A stretch of 64,000 bases of DNA from Octopus sinensis (Eukaryota). A program made the translations under genes and the position numbers. The stretch is taken from the NCBI RefSeq assembly GCF_006345805.1, contig NC_043004.1:60450001-60514000 (forward strand), given 5' to 3'. Shown here in pieces: positions 53,217 through 64,000 of the stretch (positions within the stretch are counted from its first letter, which is position 1; the number at the start of each line of letters is the position of its first letter). The notes beneath the pieces were generated by a model. It did not search any database, had not been told where the DNA came from, and saw nothing but the letters and a program-made list of their open reading frames with translations.

Positions 53217-54261
53217 GAATGTATGTATGTTCGTATGTGTGTATGCATGTATATATATATATATGTATGCATATGTATATATATATGTATATGTATATGT
53301 ACATGTATACATATATATATATATATAAATATATAATATATATATATATGCACATATATATACGTGTGTATGATTGTGTGTGTATGTGAAGTGGTGCGCA
53401 TATATAATTATTTATATATATATATTGTTTATGTATGCATACGTAGATATTTATATTTGAGTGTGTGTGTGTATCTGTGTTTTTGCGTGTGCGTGTATAT
53501 CTGTGTATGTGTATGCGTGTGTGTGTTATGTGTGTGTGTGTGTGCTAGTGAGTGTGTTTGATTATAGCTATTCAATATTATCTTGGTATGCAAGAAGAAA
53601 GATACTAGAAAAATTCATAAAACTATATTAATATTTTATCAGAATAATTATTCAGGTCTATAATAACTGTGTTAAATAAATATAAATATATATTTACATT
53701 TCCTGATATTTATTTTAGTCTTGTATTTTTATCAGCATTTTAAATTTATCGAAATTAGAAATGAAATGTTCATTTTCCATATGCATTTCTTGAAGACTAT
53801 TTATTCACCTATACTGCTCACTTTTCGTAATAATGCCGAACTTCAGTTTGCTGTGTGTATCAAGATTAGACGAGAAACTGAATAGTTATTCCTCTTCTAT
53901 TGTAGACGCGTTGATTTTGTAACATAGTTTCTGTTACATTTGAATCCATATTACTTTACTAAGGTCAGCAGTGCCGTTGGTTAAACGCTGTATGTTTGTA
54001 CTTCTAAAACCACATTATAAAACGATGAAATTGAGTTTGACCACGCTGATGCAGTGGTATTTTGATTTCTAGTTAAAACTACTACATTTATTTTCTCTTA
54101 GAACTATTGTTTTTTAGAACAATAGGAGCCAACGGAGAATCTTCTATATCGAACTGTTTGAAATATTAAGCACATTTCCTCCGAATTATATCCCCTTATT
54201 AAACGTTGGATAATTAACTGATATCATCTTTTGAATTGCTAGCAAGAATTCACTCTGCTGT

Positions 54262-54348
<87 letters not shown>

Positions 54349-54546
54349 TGTATGTATGTAGGTATGCATGCATATATGTATGTATGTACGTATGTATGTA
54401 TATATATATATATATATACATATATATCTGCATATATATACACACATATATATATATATATATATATAATTACATTATATATATGTGTATATATAAGAAA
54501 TATTTAAGATTCAGTCTGTCCAGTATTGTCCAAGTCCGAGTCTGTT

Positions 54547-54578
<32 letters not shown>

Positions 54579-56116
54579 TAGCTTTGGCCAAAAGTATTAG
54601 GCCAAGCCAATGTTTTGGAGTTCTGCTATCTCAGTGATAATGAAAATCGTACACATGGTAGATTATGGAATATTTCACAATATACATTAATTTTAATATC
54701 TAGTTGACCCTGCCCTAGCAACAATTACCGCATTTATACTGTTCTGTACACATGCAACCAATTATGAGTAAGACCAACGTCCAAAATTAGCTTATGTTTC
54801 CTTGATTATTCCAGAGTTTTACGTCGTAGATACAGTTAATAAACAGTAAAACGCCTAAAACAAGGGTGTTGAGTGAGTGTGAGTGAGTGTGAGCGAGGTC
54901 AAGTTGTAGCTCACCATGAAGATGGAACGTCTCAAAGGGAAATTGCTCAGAAGATGAAATGTTCTCGATGTACGGTGCAAATGGCTCTCAAGCACTTCAG
55001 TGAGAGAAAAGATGTGAAAGGATGTGAAGACAATACAAAGAACAAGTAGAAAAAAGTTTGCATCACCTCCTGATGACAGATCCGTCATCCGTCAATCACT
55101 CAAAAACAGGAGAAAAACATCGTGGGAGCTCTGTGTAGATTTCAACGAGGCAAGTACTTCACAAATATCAGCCAGAACTGTTAGAAAAAGGCTTGTAGAG
55201 TATGGCCTGAAAAGCTGTAAAGCCAGGAAGAAGCTTTGGGTTTCGGAAGCGAATATGCAAAAACGTCTTCAGTGGGCCAAACACCACTCCAATTGGACCA
55301 GTGCGCAATGGTCGAAATTCATACGAGCTGTTGAAAGTAACTATGTGGTAAGATAGTACATGTATTCAATCAACATATAAACTTAATGTAACTGGTTTGT
55401 TGTCCAAAATATATCTAAATAAAAGTATCCAGCATGGAGCTAATATCATTTTTCATACTTTTACTCAGGATTTCGGTACATCTGGTGCAACTTTTTCAGC
55501 GTCGCAGAGTTGGAGAAGCATTTAAGGCTGAATGTCTGGTACCGACCATAAAACATGGGGATGCTTCTATCATGGTGTGGGTCTGCATGTCTGCCAGAAG
55601 AGCTGGAGAAATGTTTTCATGTCAGGGAAGGATGAATTCAGCTACCTATGTTTCTATGTTATCGGATGTTTTAGAGCCATCAGTTGTTAAATTGCATCCA
55701 TGAATGACTAAAAGCAGGATATGTCATACAGCAAAGAATACTCGCCAATGGTTTGAGACACAGGGTAATGTTCCCATGCACTGGCCAGCTCAAAGTCCTG
55801 ATCTAAATCCTATCGAACACCTATGGGGAACTCATGGTGAAGCTATCAGGAACAAAACAACTAAAAATAAAGAGCACTTCTACCGAAAGTTGAGAGAAGA
55901 ATGGAGTAAAATTGCGCCTAGCACCTGCTAGAAAATATTTGATTCAAGACTAACCATATAAAAGCGGTAATTGATGCTATAGGAGGGTCAATCAAATATT
56001 AAAACTAATGCATTTTGTGAAATATACCATAATCCACGGTGTGCACGAATTTCATTGACACTGAGGTAGCAGAACTCCAAAACATTAAGGTGGCCTAATA
56101 CTTTTGGCCAAGGCTG
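54579..56116 (+). mobile_element. Tc1-like DNA transposon (DD34E type), degenerate full length
   Basis: About 105-bp TIRs (agc(t/c)ttggccaaaagtattaggcca..gttttggagttctgcta..); TA at the right flank. Confidence 0.92.
54851..56002 (+). pseudogene. Tc1 transposase pseudogene with one intron (55348-55469)
   Basis: PKT..ERGQVVAHH.DG.SQREIA..ISARTVRKRL..ARKK..KRLQWAK..W..(D>V)ESN|..KHG..IMVW..CHTAK..WPAQSPDLNPIEHLW; start codon mutated to ACG, frameshifts, deletion around the second D. Confidence 0.85.
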
Positions 56117-56239
56117 TATATATATGCAACATTAGAGTTAATTCTTTCTATGTAATTTAATGAATAATATCAGTTTTATATATATATATATATATACATA
56201 CACACACACAGACACACACACACACACACACATATATAC

Positions 56240-56502
56240 TCTTTTACTCTTTTACTCTTTTATTTGTTTCAGTCATTGGACTGCGGCCATGCTGGAGCAC
56301 CGCCTTTAGTCGAGCAAATCGATCCCGGGACTTATTCTTTGTAAGCCCAGTACTTATTCTATCGGTCTCTTTTGCCGAACCGCTAAGTTACGATAACGTA
56401 AACACACCAGCATCGGTTGTCAAGCAATGGTAGGGGGACAAACACAAACTCACAAACACACACGCACACAAAGATATATATATATATATATATATATTAA
56501 TA

Positions 56503-56540
<38 letters not shown>

Positions 56541-56715
56541 CATATATACGACAGGCTTCTTTCAGTTTCCGTCTACCAAATCCACTCACAAGGCATTGGT
56601 CGGCCCGGGGCTATAGCAGAAGACACTTGCCCAAGATGCCATGCAGTGGGAATGAACCCGGAACCATGTGGTTGGTTAGCAAGATACTTACCACACAGCC
56701 ACTCCTGCGCCTTTA
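56240..56715 (-). mobile_element. SINE family B, full length
   Basis: Head aggcgcaggagtggctgtgtggtaagtatcttgc..ccgggttcattccc..cttgggcaagtgtc; tail ending in (gagtaaaa)n. Confidence 0.9.
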
Positions 56716-57087
56716 ATAATTCTATATACAGGCACGGGTGTGTGTGTGTGTATGCGTGCGCCTGCATGTGTGAATTTGTATATTCACATATGGTAACTCT
56801 TTTTATTTGGGCGGTTAGGGTGGTATGTATTGGTGGTGCTTTGTGTTCAGGAACAAAACAGTTAACTCATCTTGCTCTATTACACTCAGAATGCAAAAGT
56901 TGGTAACCCGGGCGACGGACTAGCATCCATTACAGGGGTTGGCGGAATATATACGCCACAGATTCTGGGAAGCTGATCTTCTGATCTTCAAATACTAAAT
57001 ACATAAATGCTTATAATTGCAATGCAATTAATTCATTTATTGTATTGAATGGGTGAAAGTAAAAAATATTTTACCGTAAATTCATAA

Positions 57088-57418
57088 TACAAATAAGAAA
57101 ATGGAGGATCACATTCATTTCGATCATCAACTTACGGATATTCCAATTTCATATTATTTATTAGTTATACAAATAGGAACATGAAAATCGAGCAAAACAA
57201 TATACAGCAATATGCAAATTAATAATACAAATAAACAGCTCCTTACAGCTGTTTCAGCCTATTTGTAATATTTTTATCGTATTATTAATTTGCTTATTGT
57301 TGTATATTTTTTTTGTTCGATTTTCATGTTCCTATTTGTATAACTAATAAATAATATGAAATTGGAATATCCGTAAGTTGATGATCGAAATGAATTTGTT
57401 CCTCCATTTTTTTATTTG

Positions 57419-57420
<2 letters not shown>
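57088..57420. repeat. Inverted repeat, about 140-bp arms with a half-HHR in the spacer
   Basis: About 57088-57230 vs 57280-57420; spacer reads GAAAC AGCT GTA on the minus strand. Confidence 0.85.
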
Positions 57421-57460
<40 letters not shown>

Positions 57461-57479
57461 CACGTTAAACAATACACTC

Positions 57480-57820
57480 AGTTGCTGCTGAGTGTTATTA
57501 CAGACCATGGGCTTGCACACCGAGAAAGTTACCCTCCCAGGCACTAGTCCGGGTAAGGTTGTTTATGGAAGACCAGCAGTCGCCCATGCATACTGGCCTC
57601 CAATCTTCACGCCACCAGTGTTATCCAAGGGAAAGGCAGCAGCCGATACAGCTTGGCAACTGTGACGTCGCAACTCATTTCTACGGCTGAATGAACTGGA
57701 GCAATGTGAAATAAGTGTCTTGCTCAAGAACACAACACATAGCCCGATCTGGGATTCGAACTCACATCCACACGATCGTAAGCTCGACGCTCTAACCACT
57801 GAGCCATGCGCCTTCACAAT
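57480..57820 (-). mobile_element. tRNA-derived SINE family D with V/Meta-type central motif
   Basis: Minus head gaaggcgcatggctcagtggttagagcg..gagttcgaatccc; body gttgtgttcttgagcaagacacttatttcacattgctccag. Confidence 0.8.
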
Positions 57821-58808
57821 TACTACACTCTGCAATGCTACCATCTGAAATGAAGAGAGGGCTCCATGGGGCAAAATAGCGATAGGAGCCATGAGCAGTG
57901 TCTTTCGTAAGAGAACAACACAGAAGACGTAGTGGAAAGTTTTACAGATGCCAAGGAAAACAATACAGTTTTCATTAAACTTCTCCAGTACAATGAAACG
58001 TAGTGTTTGTGTCACTGAAAGTAGTCTACTCTTTCTTGTGTTTCGATAAATAAAAGATATCCTTTTATTTAATATGAATAATATTTTCTTTAGAGATTTA
58101 TTATCGAATATCATCTGCCATCGTTTAATATAGCAGCTGTCATCAATAGTGTAATACAGCTGTATTAAGACGTTTATAATGAATTATAACAACTATCATT
58201 TATTGGTGAATATGTTGTAATTGATAGAAATAGTGTAAAACGTCAAAATAATTTGATAAAAGATGAAAGAATTGTAACATAAGAAGCAAACGTGTCAAGT
58301 CTAGATATGCACAATTTGCTTGTACACGCCGGGGGCTGGTGGGATATTGCCATCTTTTATTGATATCTTTGCTTAATTGGACAATTTCTAAAGGATATTG
58401 CTATCAGATATATTGTTTTCTTCGGTATCAAGTCTAGTCGATCAGTTATCCTTGCATCGCTGAACACCAATACGTTGACGCTTCAAGTTAATATTTCGAA
58501 AACACTGTCTTTGCTCACAAAGTGAATAGATCTGCAGCTAGGATTGTGGGAAGGTGTAAATACAAAATTCAACATAAACATTTCTTTCTAAAGAATACGT
58601 CTAAAATCTCTACTAATTTTAATCTATGATATTAATGACAAACCACATTTATCATTATCCGTATTAAATTTTATATCTCAAACTTTTAGGCATGTATACA
58701 AACGCATGATCAATTGCATATACATACGTATATGTATATATATATATATGCATATATGAATATATACATACATATACACATAGGCATACACAAGCACACA
58801 CACACATG

Positions 58809-58839
<31 letters not shown>

Positions 58840-58859
58840 ATGTGTGTATATATATGCAT

Positions 58860-59060
58860 GTATGCATTTCTGTGTCTTTCTTTGTCCCCCCACCTGGCAA
58901 CAGATGTTGGTGTGTTTACGTCCCTGTACATTAGTGGTTCGGCAAAAGAGACCGATAGAATAAGTACTAGGCTTACAAAGAATAAGTCCCGGGGTAGATC
59001 TGTTCGACTAAAGGTGGTACTCCAGCACGGTCACAGTCAAATGACTGAAACAACTATATA
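58860..59060 (+). mobile_element. SINE family B 3' half
   Basis: ggtgtgtttacgtccc..ggttcggcaaaagagaccgatagaataagtac..cagtcaaatgactgaaac. Confidence 0.8.
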
Positions 59061-59076
59061 AATAAATATAATATAA

Positions 59077-59184
<108 letters not shown>

Positions 59185-59465
59185 CACCGTCACCGTGATA
59201 TCACCGTCACCGACCAGACTATCTGATGTTGGTACACATCGCTGGTCACAATGCGCTTTGCATTGTTTTAGACTTCAAATGACGCCACCCCCGCTGGCTA
59301 AGCGAGCAGGCCAACAGAAGAAAGAGTGAGAGAAAGTTGTGACGAAAGAGTACAGCAGGGATCGCCACAAACCCCTACCGGAGCCTTGTGGACTTTAGGT
59401 GTCTGGGAATCGAAACCACGAGACCGCTGCCCTAACCACTGGCCATTGTGCGTACACACACACAG
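59185..59465 (-). mobile_element. SINE with family C head and an alternative tail
   Basis: Shares head and ..gatccctgctgtactctttc..ttctctcactct with 8604-8790, then diverges. Confidence 0.75.
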
Positions 59466-59558
59466 AAACACACACACACACACACACACATACACACACA
59501 TATATATATGTATATATATATAATATATATACACATATATATATATATATATATATAT

Positions 59559-59614
<56 letters not shown>

Positions 59615-59719
59615 AGCATGAGTAGCAGAGACATTAAAGGGGCGAGAGTCTGTAGTTTTGTCGGCTCGTACAGGATTACCTGTAGCCATTTCCAATCGCT
59701 TGTATTAGGTCATTTTTAT

Positions 59720-60030
59720 TGCGCTTGAGTCTCCTGAAAACTGTTTCGACTACTTTCTAGTAGAAAGTCTAGAAGCAAACACGCTGTCGATTTCAGCAAA
59801 GCATCGCAGCGCTTAACGGCAATTTCTTTTTTGAGGCTGTTACTTCCTTCATCGTGTCTACGTAAAGCCAACACTCGTTTACACAGGTACAACACTGCAT
59901 TTGTTAACTGTTCTAAATACTGTCTATTTTCTTCAGCTGCTTTGTTATGCTGTTCTTCTCCCAGAACAATTTCACATTTTTGCGCAATATTTCTTGCCTC
60001 AAATAGCATATATTTATATCTAGCACTATA
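59720..60030 (-). pseudogene. hAT-type transposase fragment (DUF4371-like region)
   Basis: HNKAAEENRQYLEQLTNAVLYLCKRVLALRRHDEGSNSL resembles the hAT/ZMYM motif ..NR..L..I..L.KQ.LAFRGHDES. Confidence 0.6.
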
Positions 60031-60043
60031 TCTTTCTCCATTT

Positions 60044-60365
60044 AGTTAGTTAGTTAGTTAGTTAATTTCGCTCAAAAGCAAATAGCAAGGCCATGTAGGG
60101 GGACATGGAGTTAAGTACAGGGTGGTGTTCATGTAAAGAGTTCAGGCCACTTGAGGTCAAGGGAGGCTTTGAACAAAGCGGTCGTCGGCATCTTCACCAT
60201 CTCGTCTGGCAGCTTGCTCCACGGAGTCGCAACCCGGACGGAGAAAGCTCCTCTCCTTCGATTGAGATGAAATCGTCGCAGGTAGAGCTTTTCGGAATGA
60301 CCCCGCAGCCGACGCTCTGGAGCAGGAGTGAAGAACTTAAGAGGAAAGATAAATCAACACAGTAA
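60044..60365 (-). mobile_element. CR1-type LINE 3' end with (CTAA)n tail
   Basis: FFTPAPERRLRGHSEKLYLRRFHLNRRRGAFSVRVATPWSKLPDEMVKMPTTALFKASLD..* followed by a short UTR and (taac)n. Confidence 0.8.
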
Positions 60366-60500
60366 GGCTATAGTAGAAGACACTTGCTCAAGATGCTACG
60401 CAGTGTGACTGAACCCGGAACTGTGTGGTTCGTAAGCAAGCTACTTACCACACAGCGACTCCTACGCCTATGAGCTACTTACCACACAGCTACTCTCTTT
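60366..60500 (-). mobile_element. SINE family B head fragment
   Basis: ggctatagtagaagacacttgctcaagatgctacgcagtgtgactgaacccgg..accacacagcgactcctacgcct. Confidence 0.8.
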
Positions 60501-61354
60501 ACTCTTCTTTTCTATGGCTGCGTCTTTCCAACCATCTTACAGACGTAAAACCTAATTAGTCCACTATGTGCATGAATGCGAAAATGCTGTCCCCTACTTC
60601 TTTCGCTGTACTATCATGGAATTTTTGTTTTGTATCTATTTATTCAGATTACTAAGTTGCTAATATCAACGTTTTTTCTCTACGATGCCGATATCCAACA
60701 TATAATTTCTATTACTCTTATTGTTATAATTTGCCGTTAAAACACTTGCCCTGATTAATGAAGGTGAGTACAATTTACTTATATATGTACATTGTATTTA
60801 TGTGTTATATCGCTTTACGCTATTAATTTATTCATTATTTCAATATAGTTTCATTAAAGTCTAATTGGCTTTTCTTCTTTTCCTTCTTCTAAGGAGAAAG
60901 AATCTTGCTATCACGGTAATGTTATCAAAAACTGTCACTGTCTTCGCCATAAGATCACATCGAAATATTATTCTGTATTTGCCTTAGAAATAAATAATAA
61001 GGGGCGAAGTTATATGACATTTTATCAAGAAAGTTCTTTCTCTGTATATTGCTTGTTTCCGTAAAAGTGAGTATATACGATTAAATCGACCTCTGAGCTA
61101 TCGGTTCTTTCGTACATTCAACAACGGAAAGTGATAGAAGGCAAGGTTGATATCAATGAGATTTTAGTCAGGATAGTCTCAGGGAATCATGGAAGCGAGA
61201 TGTGTTTCTTTTTTTCATTTTTTGTTTTTGGTCTTTTTCTGCTATTTACAGCTATTTCTTTCAGGCCTAACCTGCTGGGAAACCATGGGTCTAGTTACTT
61301 CATAGAAATATTCGCTATTCTTTACTTTATTCATCTTTCGTATTTCGCTACTGA

Positions 61355-61830
61355 CGAAGAAGAAGAAGAAGACGAAGAAGAAGAAGAAGAAGAAGAAGAA
61401 GAAGAAGAAGAAGAAGAAGCAGAAGAAGTGAAAGCAGAAGAAGAAGAAGAAGAAGAAGAAGATAAAGAAGAAGAAGATAAAGAAGAAGAAGAAGAAGAAG
61501 AAGAAGAAGATGGAGGAGAAGAAGATGGAGGAGAAGAAGAAGAAGAAGAAGAAGAAGAAGAAGAAGAAGAAGAATAAGACGAAGTAGAAGAAGAAGTGAA
61601 AGCAGAAGAAATTAAAGAAGAAGATAAAGAAGAAGAAGATGGAGGAGAAGAAGAAGAAGAAGAAGAAGAAGAAAAAGAAGATAAAGAAGAAGATGGGGGA
61701 GAAGAAGATAAAGAAGAAGGAGGAGGAGGAGGAGAAGGAGAAGGAGAAGAAGAAGAAGAAGAAGAAGAAGAAGTGAAAGCAGAAGATAAAGAAGAAGGAG
61801 GAAGAGGAGAAGGAGAAGAAGAAGAAGATG
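61355..61830. repeat. (GAA)n-derived compound repeat
   Basis: gtgaaagcagaag recurs at about 61428, 61596 and 61773. Confidence 0.95.
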
Positions 61831-61900
61831 AAATGAAAAAGTCGGAGGGGTTAGTGTAATATGTATGTAACTGATATGTGCAAAGCAACTTTTAGTAGTA

Positions 61901-61958
<58 letters not shown>

Positions 61959-61962
61959 CAGC

Positions 61963-61996
<34 letters not shown>

Positions 61997-62439
61997 AGAC
62001 CAGGTCGAGGACGAAGATTAGAATGCGGAAGCCAGGGGTAGGAGTGGGAAGAGGAGAGTGGAGGATGGGTGGAGGAGGAGAGGAAGGGGATGAGGAAGAA
62101 AAGCGGAATAAGAAGAAGAGAAAGAAGAGAGGAAAAGGAGGAAAAGGGGTAAGGGAGAGAAGAGAAGAATGACTACGGCGATGATATGAATATTTGGAAC
62201 GAAAATAAACATCTTCATATTTCTTGGTGCCTCGTCAATGATTAAACTGATGCAGACAAATATATACAGAACAACAATATCACTTGGTACGCGCATACAA
62301 AAGAAGCATATAATATCACTATACGAACTGTATATGAGAAAAGAAAAAAGATCTAAACAATGCACTTTCTTTAAACAGACTTACCTGCACTCGGTTTGGA
62401 TGTAAAAGCACGCAATAAGAATAATAACACTATTTTAAC

Positions 62440-62558
62440 AATAATAACAATGATGATGATAATAATAATGATGATAACATGATGATGATGACAATAATAA
62501 TAATAATAATAATAATAATGATAATAATAATAATAATAATATTAATGATATAATAATG

Positions 62559-62597
<39 letters not shown>

Positions 62598-62614
62598 TTA
62601 TGATAATAATAATG

Positions 62615-62656
<42 letters not shown>

Positions 62657-62780
62657 TAATATTAATGATAATAATAATAATAATAATAATGAAATAATAA
62701 TAATAATAATTATTAATGATAATAATAATGATAATAATAATAATAATAATAATAATAATATATTAATGATAATAATAATG

Positions 62781-62812
<32 letters not shown>

Positions 62813-62963
62813 TAATAATATATAATAATATTAATGATAATAATAATAATAATAATATAATAATAATACATAATAATAATAATAATAATAATGATAATAA
62901 TAATGATAATAATAATAATGATATATAGAATAATAATAATGATAATAATAATAATAATAATAA

Positions 62964-63000
<37 letters not shown>

Positions 63001-63031
63001 TAATAATGATAATAATAATAATAATAATAAC

Positions 63032-63080
<49 letters not shown>

Positions 63081-63090
63081 CTGGTGATGA
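62440..63090. repeat. (AAT)n/(GAT)n microsatellite
   Basis: About 650-bp trinucleotide tract. Confidence 0.98.
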
Positions 63091-63383
63091 TAAGCTACAA
63101 TGGCAATGGTAATGAAAATGTGTTAAAATGCACATGCTATGAGAAATGTATTGATGATATCGTACGGGAGCCTAAACAACTTCAAATAAAATTGCATATT
63201 TTACCTTCCTATTCTTTTCTATACTTTTTTCCCAAATGTATAAATCGTGTATTATCTACAACTGTATCGATATCCTATGTGATGTTACAAAACTGTCAGG
63301 AAGGTTCTGATGTTATGAATACCTGATAAGTCTTAAAAGAATACACCCCGCCAAAAAAATCTATAATCACAATATATATATAT

Positions 63384-63437
<54 letters not shown>

Positions 63438-63919
63438 ATATTATATATATATATAATATATTATATATATAATAATATATATATATAAGAGAAAAGTAAA
63501 GCGTATTTTAGGTAATGAAACAAACGTGCTCAAGCCATTATGTTTATGCAACAATAAACCCAGAAATTATTCAGTATATTCCAGTCTGAATAAAGAAAAC
63601 CTATTGCGTAATGCAAATGGCTATCAAAGAAAACTGAAACTAATAAAAGTATGAAGAATTTCAAAAAAAGAAAACGAACGAGATAATATTATTTTCATTA
63701 TTCATGGCCAAACTATAACCAAACGTGATAACAAAATTATAATAACATAACTGGTATTTCATTCAAATAACATCATGATAAGGTGAAAATAATACCCATA
63801 AAAATATAGACATCATAACTATATAAGATGGAAATACTCAGATTTTTTTTGTTTTTAGGTTCCTGTTTTAGAATGTTTTAGAAATATGATGTTGTAGCTG
63901 TATGTAATAGGAAAGAAAG

Positions 63920-64000
63920 CACTCCGTCGGTTTCGACGACGAGGGTCCCGGTTGATCCGAATCAACAGAACAGCCTGCTCGTGAAATTAACGTGTAAGTG
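63920..64000 (-). mobile_element. SINE family C 3' end (runs off the window)
   Basis: Reverse complement of about 8905-8985. Confidence 0.85.

Noticed and set aside
57563-58114. 183-aa minus ORF
   Set aside because: Its C-terminal part is the SINE family D sequence and the rest has no recognisable motif

Overview
Eukaryotic, AT-rich, extremely microsatellite-rich genomic DNA. The SINE families and repeat landscape look like a cephalopod (Octopus-like) genome, but this is an inference and was not database-checked. Most ORFs in the supplied track are microsatellite artefacts. Real content: (1) two in-phase minus-strand host exons (12707-12585, 10511-10317) of an unidentified gene, plus weaker exon candidates; (2) four tRNA-derived SINE families; (3) a head-to-tail pair of L1/Tx1-type LINEs (36.7-44.0 kb) whose ends all abut (TATC)n; (4) R4/Dong-like LINE remnants in (TAA)n tracts and a CR1 3' end; (5) Tc1/mariner relics (DD37D, two mariners, and a Tc1 with a spliceosomal intron), a hAT fragment and Helitron-like elements. 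The most striking signal is about a dozen type-I hammerhead ribozyme (HHR) motifs from at least six Penelope-like/retrozyme-like repeat families. These include a 355-bp tandem unit whose 5' boundary sits at the predicted cleavage site, a related inverted pair showing compensatory base changes, and a 319-bp palindrome with an HHR on each strand. All RNA structures were read by eye and none has been tested. Some boundaries are approximate (+/-10-30 bp).
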